Below the pieces are notes generated by a model. That model was not told where the DNA came from. It did no database searches and saw only the letters and a program-made list of their open reading frames with translations. Shown piece by piece: positions 8,118 through 15,350 of a stretch of 64,000 nt of DNA. Where the stretch lies: contig JAWCRZ010000002.1 of NCBI GenBank assembly GCA_038868995.1, forward strand, positions 24,726-88,725, read 5' to 3'. Numbering within the stretch: position 1 is the stretch's first letter; every line of letters begins with the position of its first letter. A program made the position numbers and the translations under genes. Source of the stretch: Candidatus Woesearchaeota archaeon. Its GTDB lineage: Archaea; Nanobdellota; Nanobdellia; Woesearchaeales; ARS49.

Positions 8118-9007
8118 TGGTCAGTTATACAAGAATGCAGGGAGAGTTGATAAGTTTTGAGACAGCTGACAAGCTGGAGCTTGAGGGGATGCTTTGCGCA
8201 CCAACGCGCTCCAAAACGTGCCTGGTTCACGTGCACGGCATGACTGACAATTTTTTTGGCATCAGCATGGTTGACAACATGATGCACGCTGCTTTCCGAA
8301 ATGAGATGTCTTTTTTCGCGTTTAACAACCGCGGAATGGGCACCATCACGATTTTTCAGAAGCTGAAGGAGCATTTGGTTTTCAGGACGATTGGCACTGC
8401 TTTTGAGAACTTTAAGGACTGCCTTCTTGATATTGATGGCGCGCTGAAGATGCTGCGCGAGCGCGGCTACAGGAATTTTATCCTGTCAGGCCACAGTACT
8501 GGCTGCCAGAAGATTGCTTATTATCAATGGCGCAAGAACAGGAAGTCGGTCAAGGGGCTTATTCTGCTTTCTCCTGCTGATGATTACAACTGGCAGATAA
8601 AGTCGCTGGGCGCGAGAAAGCACAAGGAGACAGTCCAGCTGGCGCGCAAGCTTGTCCGCGCAGGCAGGGGGCGTGAGCTGATGCCTCCTGAGGCAGAACC
8701 GTCTTATTTCAGCGCCAAGCGTTATTATGATTTGTACAGCGGCTCGAGTGTTGAAGCAAAATTGTTCAATTATGAGGGCCCTATGAAGGCGGTGCAGAAG
8801 ATTAAGATTCCTATGCTCGCAGTGCTTGGAGGCAAAGAGGAGTTTGCTGCAATGCCGCCTCGCAGGATGCTGAAGATTCTTGATGGCAAGATGCAGCACC
8901 CTTATTCCCGCACTGTGTTGATAAAGGGAGCTGACCATTGCTTCTGTTTGAAGGAGGAGGAAGCAGAGGCGGCAGTGTCCAAATGGCTTAGAAACCTTCT
9001 CTGGTAG
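8117..9007 (+). CDS. Alpha/beta hydrolase (DUF1749-like)
   Basis: HVHGM, GHSTGCQ nucleophile elbow, GADH; start overlaps purD stop. Confidence 0.85.
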   Translation: MVSYTRMQGELISFETADKLELEGMLCAPTRSKTCLVHVHGMTDNFFGISMVDNMMHAAFRNEMSFFAFNNRGMGTITIFQKLKEHLVFRTIGTAFENFKDCLLDIDGALKMLRERGYRNFILSGHSTGCQKIAYYQWRKNRKSVKGLILLSPADDYNWQIKSLGARKHKETVQLARKLVRAGRGRELMPPEAEPSYFSAKRYYDLYSGSSVEAKLFNYEGPMKAVQKIKIPMLAVLGGKEEFAAMPPRRMLKILDGKMQHPYSRTVLIKGADHCFCLKEEEAEAAVSKWLRNLLW

Positions 9008-9550
9008 TTATTTCCAGCATTGGTAGATGAATGCTGGAGGCATGTTTTCCAGTACAAACTTGTAGGTTGTTTTTTTGAAATGTTTTTTGAGCTGTTTTTC
9101 AAAAATCCTTGAATACTGTATTTGCACAAATGGCCCGTTGAGTTTTTTCTTTGAATTGTTTATGATGCTGCGGACTGTTCGTTCAGGAAGCGTTGTGAGT
9201 GGAAGCGTGCTTATTATGCAATCTGCTTTTTTTATTCCGTATCTGTTAAGAATTTTGTCCGTATGCATGGCATCTCCGTGGATTGCCATCAGCCGGGGGT
9301 CATTGATTTTTTTCAGCTCTGCTGCCAGTGTTTTATTAATCTCTATTGCGTAAAGCTTTGCGTCGGGGTGCATTAATTTGAGTATTTGTCTGGTGACGTT
9401 TCCATGTGCTGCTCCCAACTCAACAATTGTTTTTGCTTTTTTTGCTCCTGCGAGTTCTGCCATTAGCAGGCCGGCTTGCCCGCTCGTTGGTATCATTGTT
9501 GACATTTGTACTGGGTGCTTTACAAACTCGAGTATGAATTTTGCGTTCAT
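9008..9550 (-). CDS. SAM-dependent methyltransferase, PmtA (phospholipid N-methyltransferase)-like
   Basis: IPTS, VELGAAHG, AIEIN, IHGDA, STLPL, VQIQY. Confidence 0.8.
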   Translation of the reverse strand: MNAKFILEFVKHPVQMSTMIPTSGQAGLLMAELAGAKKAKTIVELGAAHGNVTRQILKLMHPDAKLYAIEINKTLAAELKKINDPRLMAIHGDAMHTDKILNRYGIKKADCIISTLPLTTLPERTVRSIINNSKKKLNGPFVQIQYSRIFEKQLKKHFKKTTYKFVLENMPPAFIYQCWK

Positions 9551-9574
9551 TTCATTTATTTATGTGTAGTGCAT

Positions 9575-10843
9575 TTAATATTTGTTGTTTAAACTTTGCA
9601 GTGGTTGGATTTCTCCAACCAGGAAATATGCTTTCGCCTCTGTTATTTTGACTTTTGCAATTGTTCCCATTGGCAAATCCTGTCTGATTACAATTGGCTT
9701 GTATGCGTAATTTCTTCCCTGTACGCCGTTTTTTACTTTTTCGTCAATAATTATTTCTCCTTGCCAGCCAAGCCATTTTTGGTTCGTATCAAAGGAGATT
9801 TTCTTGTGAAGTTCTGTCAATTTTCTGCTTCTTTCTTTCTTGACATTTCCGTGTATTTGCCCCTGCATTGTTGCTGCTGTTGTTCCAGGCCTTGGTGCAA
9901 AGCGTGCAATGTTTATGATGTCTGGCTTCATCTGTTCCACTAATTTCAGCGTGTCTTCAAACTGCTCTTCTGTCTCAGTCGGATAGCCGACAATGATGTC
10001 CGTGCTTATCGTTATTTCAGGAATTTCCTTTCTCACTGCATTTGCAATTTCAACAAAGGTTTCAACTGTATGCCCCCTTCTCATTGCTTTCAGGACTTCG
10101 TTGTTTCCTGCCTGCACAGGTATGTGCAGGAATTTGAATATTTTTGGGTGTTTCATTATTTCCACAAGTTCGTCGAGATATTTTGGCACGTGCCTCGGGT
10201 TTCCCATGCCAATCCTCACTTTGAAGTCGCCCGGCACTTCAACAATCATCTTCAAGAGCCGCGCCAGGTTTGTCCCTCTGTCAAATCCGTAGCAGCAGGT
10301 GTCCTGTCCTGTTATCCAAATCTCCTTGCAGCCGTCTGCAACACATTTTTCCACTTCCTTCACAATTACATCAGGTGGAAAGCTGAACAGGGGTCCTTTC
10401 ACAAGCCGTGTGCTGCAAAATGCACAAGCATCAAGGCATCCGGAGCTTATCGGCACAATTCCAACAACAGGATTGATTCTTACTCTTGGCAGCAGTAATT
10501 TTACCGGCTTTGCGTGCGTCAGCGCATCTGTTTTCGTGTTCACCAAATTGGAAATGTTGTTAATATGGTGCGTATTAATCAAAATTGCATTTGGGTCAAT
10601 CTGTTTTATCGGCTGGACAATGCTCGGAGTTATGCATCCAGTAATCGCTATTTTCTTGTTTGGATGATTTTTCTTCACCGCTTTAATCTCGTCAAGTGCG
10701 TTTTTGTCTCCTTTTACAGTGCAGATGTTTAAAACAACCATGTCTGCATCTTTTTCTTCAGAAAGTTCTGCAAACTGCCCCTTAATCTGCTCGCCCTCTG
10801 CCATGTTTGCAGAGCAGCCATATGACTTGACGTGGACTTTCAT
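9575..10843 (-). CDS. mtaB: MiaB-like radical SAM tRNA methylthiotransferase (archaeal MtaB type)
   Basis: SYGCSAN, NICTVK, CLDACAFC, GMGNP, TDIIVGYPTE, TRAM domain. Confidence 0.88.
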   Translation of the reverse strand: MKVHVKSYGCSANMAEGEQIKGQFAELSEEKDADMVVLNICTVKGDKNALDEIKAVKKNHPNKKIAITGCITPSIVQPIKQIDPNAILINTHHINNISNLVNTKTDALTHAKPVKLLLPRVRINPVVGIVPISSGCLDACAFCSTRLVKGPLFSFPPDVIVKEVEKCVADGCKEIWITGQDTCCYGFDRGTNLARLLKMIVEVPGDFKVRIGMGNPRHVPKYLDELVEIMKHPKIFKFLHIPVQAGNNEVLKAMRRGHTVETFVEIANAVRKEIPEITISTDIIVGYPTETEEQFEDTLKLVEQMKPDIINIARFAPRPGTTAATMQGQIHGNVKKERSRKLTELHKKISFDTNQKWLGWQGEIIIDEKVKNGVQGRNYAYKPIVIRQDLPMGTIAKVKITEAKAYFLVGEIQPLQSLNNKY

Positions 10844-10888
10844 GCAAAGAAGTTTCTTATGTCTGCTTTAAAAATATTATCGAGAATT

Positions 10889-11016
10889 GGTGTTTTCAAC
10901 TTAATGGTGCTGGCCGCTCTGCCCAGGCCTTGCCGAAGTCATTTTTCCCTCTCATCTGCATGAGAAAAATGAGTCCAGAGGACCAGAGCAACCGGCACCA
11001 GAAACTTGAGTTAACC
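10889..11016 (-). mobile_element. MITE-like structured element, copy C
   Basis: GGTGTTTTCAACTTAATGG...AAACTTGAGTTAACC; left flank TCGAGAATT is the reverse complement of the flank of copy E. Confidence 0.88.
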
Positions 11017-11039
11017 CCATTTTTACGTGGCACACAGCA

Positions 11040-11564
11040 TCAGGCAAGCTCTGAAATTAATTTTGAGGCAAGCGGAGAAGGAATGCCGACAACGCTGGCA
11101 GAGGCGTAATTGCGCATCCTGCGCAAGCGCTGGACAAAATACAACAACTCCCTTGCTGTCAATCCGCCTGACTGCTGGTCAACAATGGAAAGATTAACGC
11201 AGATATGCAACTGCGGCCACTGGTTTGCAGCTTCCATTACTGCATCACAGATATTTGCAATTCCCTCCTGCAAAACAGAGCTTGTCTGGAAAATTTGAAT
11301 GTTTCTCGCTTTCACGAAATCACGCTCTTGACCTGACATTTGGTGGCCACCAAGCAAGATTATGTTGAAATGGCAGAGAGGGCGCAGAAGCTCACCAGTC
11401 GCATCAAAAAGGATGACGCCGGTTTTCCTGTTCGCGAGAAATGAGACGACATCATCTTTTGAGCCGAGCAGTAATTCAGCAGAATCTAATGGAGCCACTT
11501 CGATGTTCGGCATAATTCCCGACTCCTGCAACGGTATGTTAATATCAGGACCAAAATATTTCAT
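11040..11564 (-). CDS. Truncated/degenerate arginase (ureohydrolase)-fold protein
   Basis: ILFDATG, ERDFVK, LHICVNLSIVD...GGLTARELLYFVQRL resemble the ureohydrolase C-terminal half but lack DxHxD and DxD. Confidence 0.6.
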   Translation of the reverse strand: MKYFGPDINIPLQESGIMPNIEVAPLDSAELLLGSKDDVVSFLANRKTGVILFDATGELLRPLCHFNIILLGGHQMSGQERDFVKARNIQIFQTSSVLQEGIANICDAVMEAANQWPQLHICVNLSIVDQQSGGLTARELLYFVQRLRRMRNYASASVVGIPSPLASKLISELA

Positions 11565-11565
11565 A

Positions 11566-13239
11566 TCACATCTCGCTTGGAGCTTCAATGCCAAGCAAAC
11601 GCAGACCATTCTCAAGAAGCTGGCGCGATGACTCAATCAAAGTCAGGCGGGCAAGCTGGACATCCTTGTCCTTTTCCTGCGCGCACGGGCACTTGTGATA
11701 AAACTCATTGAAAGCCCTTCCAAACTCTATCAAGTATTGAGCCAGAATATGGGGCTTGTACTGGGCAACAGAATCCTTTATCGCGCACGGAAACTTGGAC
11801 ATCAGCTTAATGACGCGCTGTTCTGACGGGTCCTGCAGCAGGGAAAAATCAGCGTCCTTTGAGGGCTTGCGCTTGACTTTGCGCAATATAGAGGCGGCGC
11901 GTGCGTGCGTGTACATCAAATAAGGACCAGTGTCACCCTCAAAAGAAAGAATACGCTTGATGTCAAACACAACGTCTTTCATCCTGTCATTAAGCAGGTC
12001 GCCGAAAAAAATCGCGCCAACAGCAACCTTTCTGGAAACCTCTTCCTTGTTTTTAAGTTCCGGATTCTTTTCCTCAATTGTTTTTCTTGCAAGCGCAATG
12101 GTTTCAGACAAAACATCCTCCATAAAGACAGTTTTGCCCTCTCGTGTTGACATCTTGCCACCTTCAGAAGTCAGGTACAGGCCATGTGGAACATGAACAA
12201 AATTCTGCTTATGTCCAAGAAGTCGCATTAGGTCAAACAGCTGCCTGAAATGCAATGACTGCTCATGGCCGACAACATACAGAATAGTGTCAAATTTCAG
12301 AACTTCAATTCTGTCAAGCAGGGTTGCCACATCTCGGCTGGCATAAGTAGTGCTTTCATTGCTCTTCTTCAACATCATAGGCATCTCATAACCCTTCAAG
12401 CGAACAATCAAGGCGCCCTTGTCAACCTCTGCAAGGCCTTTTTTCTTTATTAGCTCAATCGCCGCATCAACTTTTGGAGCATAATACGCCTCGCCGTTAT
12501 AGTCGTCAAATTCGACTCCGAGAATCTCATAAATTTTCCTGAACTCGTCCAGAGAATGATGCTTGAACTTGCTCCACAAGGAGAGCGCTTCCTGGTCTCC
12601 CTTTTCCAGCTTCGCAAACCACTCGCGCGCGTAATCAAGAATTTTCTCATTCTTCTCAGCGTGCTCGTTGAACTTGACATACAATTCAACCAAGTGCTTG
12701 ATGGGGCAGATGTCCATCTGCTTCTTGTCGCCCCACTGCAGATAAGCATAGATTAATTTTCCAAACTGAGTGCCCCAGTCGCCCAGATAATTCAGACGGA
12801 TGACTTTGTAGCCAACAAAAGAATGCAGACGGGCAAGCGACTCACCGACAACCGTGCTGCGAAGATGGCCAAAATGCATCGGCTTGCCAATGTTGGGAGA
12901 GGAGTATTCAACCGCGACAACTTTGCCAGCACCCTCATTCGAACTGCCGAACAGCAACTGCCGGTCAAGAATCTCTGAAATAACCGCCTTTGCAACTTTT
13001 GCAGAGTCGAGAAAAAAATTGACATACGGGCCCGTAGCAGTGATTTTTGACACAATGCCGGGCATTGGAATGGACTTTGCAAGAGAATTTGCAATTTCAG
13101 CAGGGCTTTTCTTCATTGATTTTGCCAATTGGAAACATGGAAAAGCATAATCTCCCAAAGACGGGTCTGGAGGGACTTCAAGAACTATGTCACCCTTCAC
13201 CTGCTTTTGCAGCGCCTTGATGATTTCCTTCTCAAACAT
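11566..13239 (-). CDS. argS: Arginyl-tRNA synthetase
   Basis: EYSSPNIGKPMHFGHLR, GDWGTQFG, KMSTREG, GPYLMY, GIEAPSEM. Confidence 0.97.
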   Translation of the reverse strand: MFEKEIIKALQKQVKGDIVLEVPPDPSLGDYAFPCFQLAKSMKKSPAEIANSLAKSIPMPGIVSKITATGPYVNFFLDSAKVAKAVISEILDRQLLFGSSNEGAGKVVAVEYSSPNIGKPMHFGHLRSTVVGESLARLHSFVGYKVIRLNYLGDWGTQFGKLIYAYLQWGDKKQMDICPIKHLVELYVKFNEHAEKNEKILDYAREWFAKLEKGDQEALSLWSKFKHHSLDEFRKIYEILGVEFDDYNGEAYYAPKVDAAIELIKKKGLAEVDKGALIVRLKGYEMPMMLKKSNESTTYASRDVATLLDRIEVLKFDTILYVVGHEQSLHFRQLFDLMRLLGHKQNFVHVPHGLYLTSEGGKMSTREGKTVFMEDVLSETIALARKTIEEKNPELKNKEEVSRKVAVGAIFFGDLLNDRMKDVVFDIKRILSFEGDTGPYLMYTHARAASILRKVKRKPSKDADFSLLQDPSEQRVIKLMSKFPCAIKDSVAQYKPHILAQYLIEFGRAFNEFYHKCPCAQEKDKDVQLARLTLIESSRQLLENGLRLLGIEAPSEM

Positions 13240-13261
13240 ACAAAGAATGGATAAACGGCAA

Positions 13262-13269
13262 TTTATAAA
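13262..13269 (-). promoter_or_regulatory. Probable TATA box of argS
   Basis: TTTATAAA about 23 nt upstream of ATG 13239. Confidence 0.55.
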
Positions 13270-13283
13270 AGTTCTGCACAAAC

Positions 13284-13409
13284 GGTTCCATCAAATTAAA
13301 TGACAATGTTGCCGTTGCTCAGGTTCCAGGGACTGATTTTCCCCACGTAAGTTGAGAAGCCTAAGGCAAGCTTGGGCAAAGCGGCTTAGACACAAAACTT
13401 GACAGCACC
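13284..13409 (+). mobile_element. Diverged MITE-like element, copy D
   Basis: Starts GGTTCCATCAA, ends AACTTGACAGCACC; flanks TGCACAAAC/TGCACAAAT (8 of 9); internal hairpins equivalent to other copies. Confidence 0.75.
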
Positions 13410-13448
13410 TGCACAAATGATTTATACTTCAATATATTTTCTGCCGGT

Positions 13449-13766
13449 ATGAACAAAAAAGGCATTCTCTGGCCAAGCATTCTCGCGCTTGTTGGGTTTA
13501 TCTTGTTTGCAGTCATCCTCATCACTCTTTTTTTGGTGCCCCTGATAGTTGTCGGTGCAAACATAATAATCTTGTACTTTTTCTTCCTGCGCATATACAC
13601 AGAAATAACAAAGTACAAAAGAGGCGACATTTACGCATACAGCTTTATCGCAGCGGCACTCATTGTCGTCATTTTCAAGAATTTCCTGCCGCTTTGGTGG
13701 ATAACAACAGTAACAATACTGGCTTTCATAATCGCGCAAATATATATTATGATGAAAAAACGCTAA
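13449..13766 (+). CDS. Small membrane protein
   Basis: 105 aa, about 4 hydrophobic segments. Confidence 0.7.
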   Translation: MNKKGILWPSILALVGFILFAVILITLFLVPLIVVGANIIILYFFFLRIYTEITKYKRGDIYAYSFIAAALIVVIFKNFLPLWWITTVTILAFIIAQIYIMMKKR

Positions 13767-14035
13767 AACTGCCTTTCAATTTCTTTAAGCGCAGCATCAA
13801 CTCCAAAGAAAACGTTCGAATGCGTTGCCGAGGAAGTAAACGTGCTTCCCTGCGCGACCGCCTCAATCCTTATATCCGGATGGGCAAACGAAATTGACAA
13901 TTTTTCCAGCCCTTTATCTGAGAATTTGCGGGCATAGGTCCCGATTATCTTCTTCAGAACAATCATTGTGGCGTGGTCTATGCCTTCCACGCCATACAGC
14001 TCGATGTTGCCGCCGAGCCGCACTGCATCATCCAT
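13763..14035 (-). CDS. Small conserved protein, possibly HPF/RaiA-like fold
   Basis: LGGNIEL...SNVFFGVDAALKEIERQ resembles the HPF terminal helix. Confidence 0.6.
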   Translation of the reverse strand: MDDAVRLGGNIELYGVEGIDHATMIVLKKIIGTYARKFSDKGLEKLSISFAHPDIRIEAVAQGSTFTSSATHSNVFFGVDAALKEIERQF

Positions 14036-14166
14036 AATAAAGACATTAACCAGAATTAAGTTTTTAATTTTTTCCAAAAAGGGATGCCAACCAGTCATTA
14101 CTCTTTAGTAACTTCAACAGCGAAAATCTTTTAAACAGATGACCTATTGCGCATATGGGGGAGATA

Positions 14167-14295
14167 ATGATTAAATGCCAACGATGCGGCACAGCCGTGC
14201 GATCATACAGCCCAATGCGCAAATGGTGCGTTGACTGCAGGCGCGTCATCTCCCTTGAGCAGGCAAAAGAAAGAAAGCTTGCGGCCAAGAATTAA
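14167..14295 (+). CDS. 42-aa zinc-finger micro-protein (below ORF-track cutoff)
   Basis: MIKCQRCGTAVRSYSPMRKWCVDCRRVISLEQAKERKLAAKN; two CxxC; GGGGGAG upstream. Confidence 0.75.
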   Translation: MIKCQRCGTAVRSYSPMRKWCVDCRRVISLEQAKERKLAAKN

Positions 14296-14410
14296 GAAAA
14301 AATTGCTTCTTGTTCAAATTCGAAAAGCTTCAATTCGCTGACTTTTTTCGGCAACCGAAGCAAAACTCTTCTCTCATCCTCACAATGCCACAAAACAAGG
14401 CAATTCTCGA

Positions 14411-14452
14411 GGTTAAGTCAAGTTTCTGGTGCTGGTTGCTTTGGTGGCTCTG
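14411..14452 (+). mobile_element. Partial MITE-like element (one end only), copy E
   Basis: GGTTAAGTCAAGTTTCTGGTGCTGGTTGCTTTGG then diverges; no second end recognised. Confidence 0.8.
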
Positions 14453-14645
14453 ATGCAATTCTTGTGTGGCAAGCCGTATCTGCCTGGCTTTATTCTTACT
14501 GCCTTGAACGCTCTTGCTGCGTTTGTTGGCAGGGCTTTGTCTGGCTGATTTACAGCAACCTGTCGCCAAATTCGTATTTTGCGGAGGTATCGAAATGCCC
14601 TTTCATTTCGAAACTTTTTTAAATCCCCTTCACGTCGGTAGCGCT

Positions 14646-14837
14646 ATGGGTAGAATAAAGACGCAGTTAATCAAACGTCTCACGTTTGAGATTATGAAGC
14701 AGCGTGAAAAACTCTCGCCTCAGTTTGAGGAGAACAAGAAGGTTGTAGCAGAGCTTCTGGGCGGCGCGAGCAAAAAAATCAGGAATAGTGTTGCGGGCTA
14801 CGTGACCCGGTTGATGAAGATAAAGGAAGAATACTAA
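14646..14837 (+). CDS. rps17e: 30S ribosomal protein S17e
   Basis: MGRIKT...FEENKK...SKKIRNSVAGYVTR. Confidence 0.95.
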   Translation: MGRIKTQLIKRLTFEIMKQREKLSPQFEENKKVVAELLGGASKKIRNSVAGYVTRLMKIKEEY

Positions 14838-14859
14838 GTGACTGCCTTGGGGGTGACTT

Positions 14860-15141
14860 ATGGCAGACGACAACAGTATTTTCATCGGGAACAAGCCGTT
14901 TATGAATTACGTTACAGGCGTTGTCATGCAGTTTACAACACAGCAGGCCTCTGAAGTTATTATAAAAGCGCGTGGGAAATTCATCTCAAGGGCTGTTGAC
15001 GTTGCAGAGGTTGCTTCAAAGCGTTTTCTTGACAATGGCGTTTCAGTGCGGGACATCCGCATAAATTCTGAGGAGTTTACTAACAAGGAAGGCAGGAATG
15101 TGAGGGTTTCCACTATTGAGATTTCCCTTAAGAAATTGTAA
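14860..15141 (+). CDS. albA: DNA/RNA-binding protein Alba
   Basis: IGNKPFMNYV, IKARGKFISRAVDVAE, VSTIEI. Confidence 0.96.
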   Translation: MADDNSIFIGNKPFMNYVTGVVMQFTTQQASEVIIKARGKFISRAVDVAEVASKRFLDNGVSVRDIRINSEEFTNKEGRNVRVSTIEISLKKL

Positions 15142-15279
15142 GGTTAAGTCAAGTTTCTAATGCTAACTTGCCGCCTTGGTCCTCTGGACTCATTTTCCCT
15201 CCTCGCAGACTGGAAGAGAGAAAAAATGACCTCGGCAAGGCCTGGGCAGAGTGGCCAGCATTATTAAGTTGACAGCACC
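15142..15279 (+). mobile_element. MITE-like structured element, copy F
   Basis: Both ends intact, begins immediately after the Alba stop; no matching target duplication. Confidence 0.88.
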
Positions 15280-15350
15280 AAAACATAGCAACTTTTTTAA
15301 ATGAAAAATTGTTCCTATAATCTATGCGGTTATAAAAGGGCTGATTATTA

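Noticed and set aside
1358..15279. Repeated elements as CRISPR repeats, integron attC sites or tRNA-derived repeats
   Set aside because: Dispersed, no spacers, both orientations, flank core genes, have 9-bp target duplications, and lack T-loop/anticodon features
15133..15288. Target duplication for copy F, or pairing of its flank with copy C
   Set aside because: Flanks AAATTGTAA and AAAACATAG do not match each other; only 6 of 9 match to the C flank, not convincing
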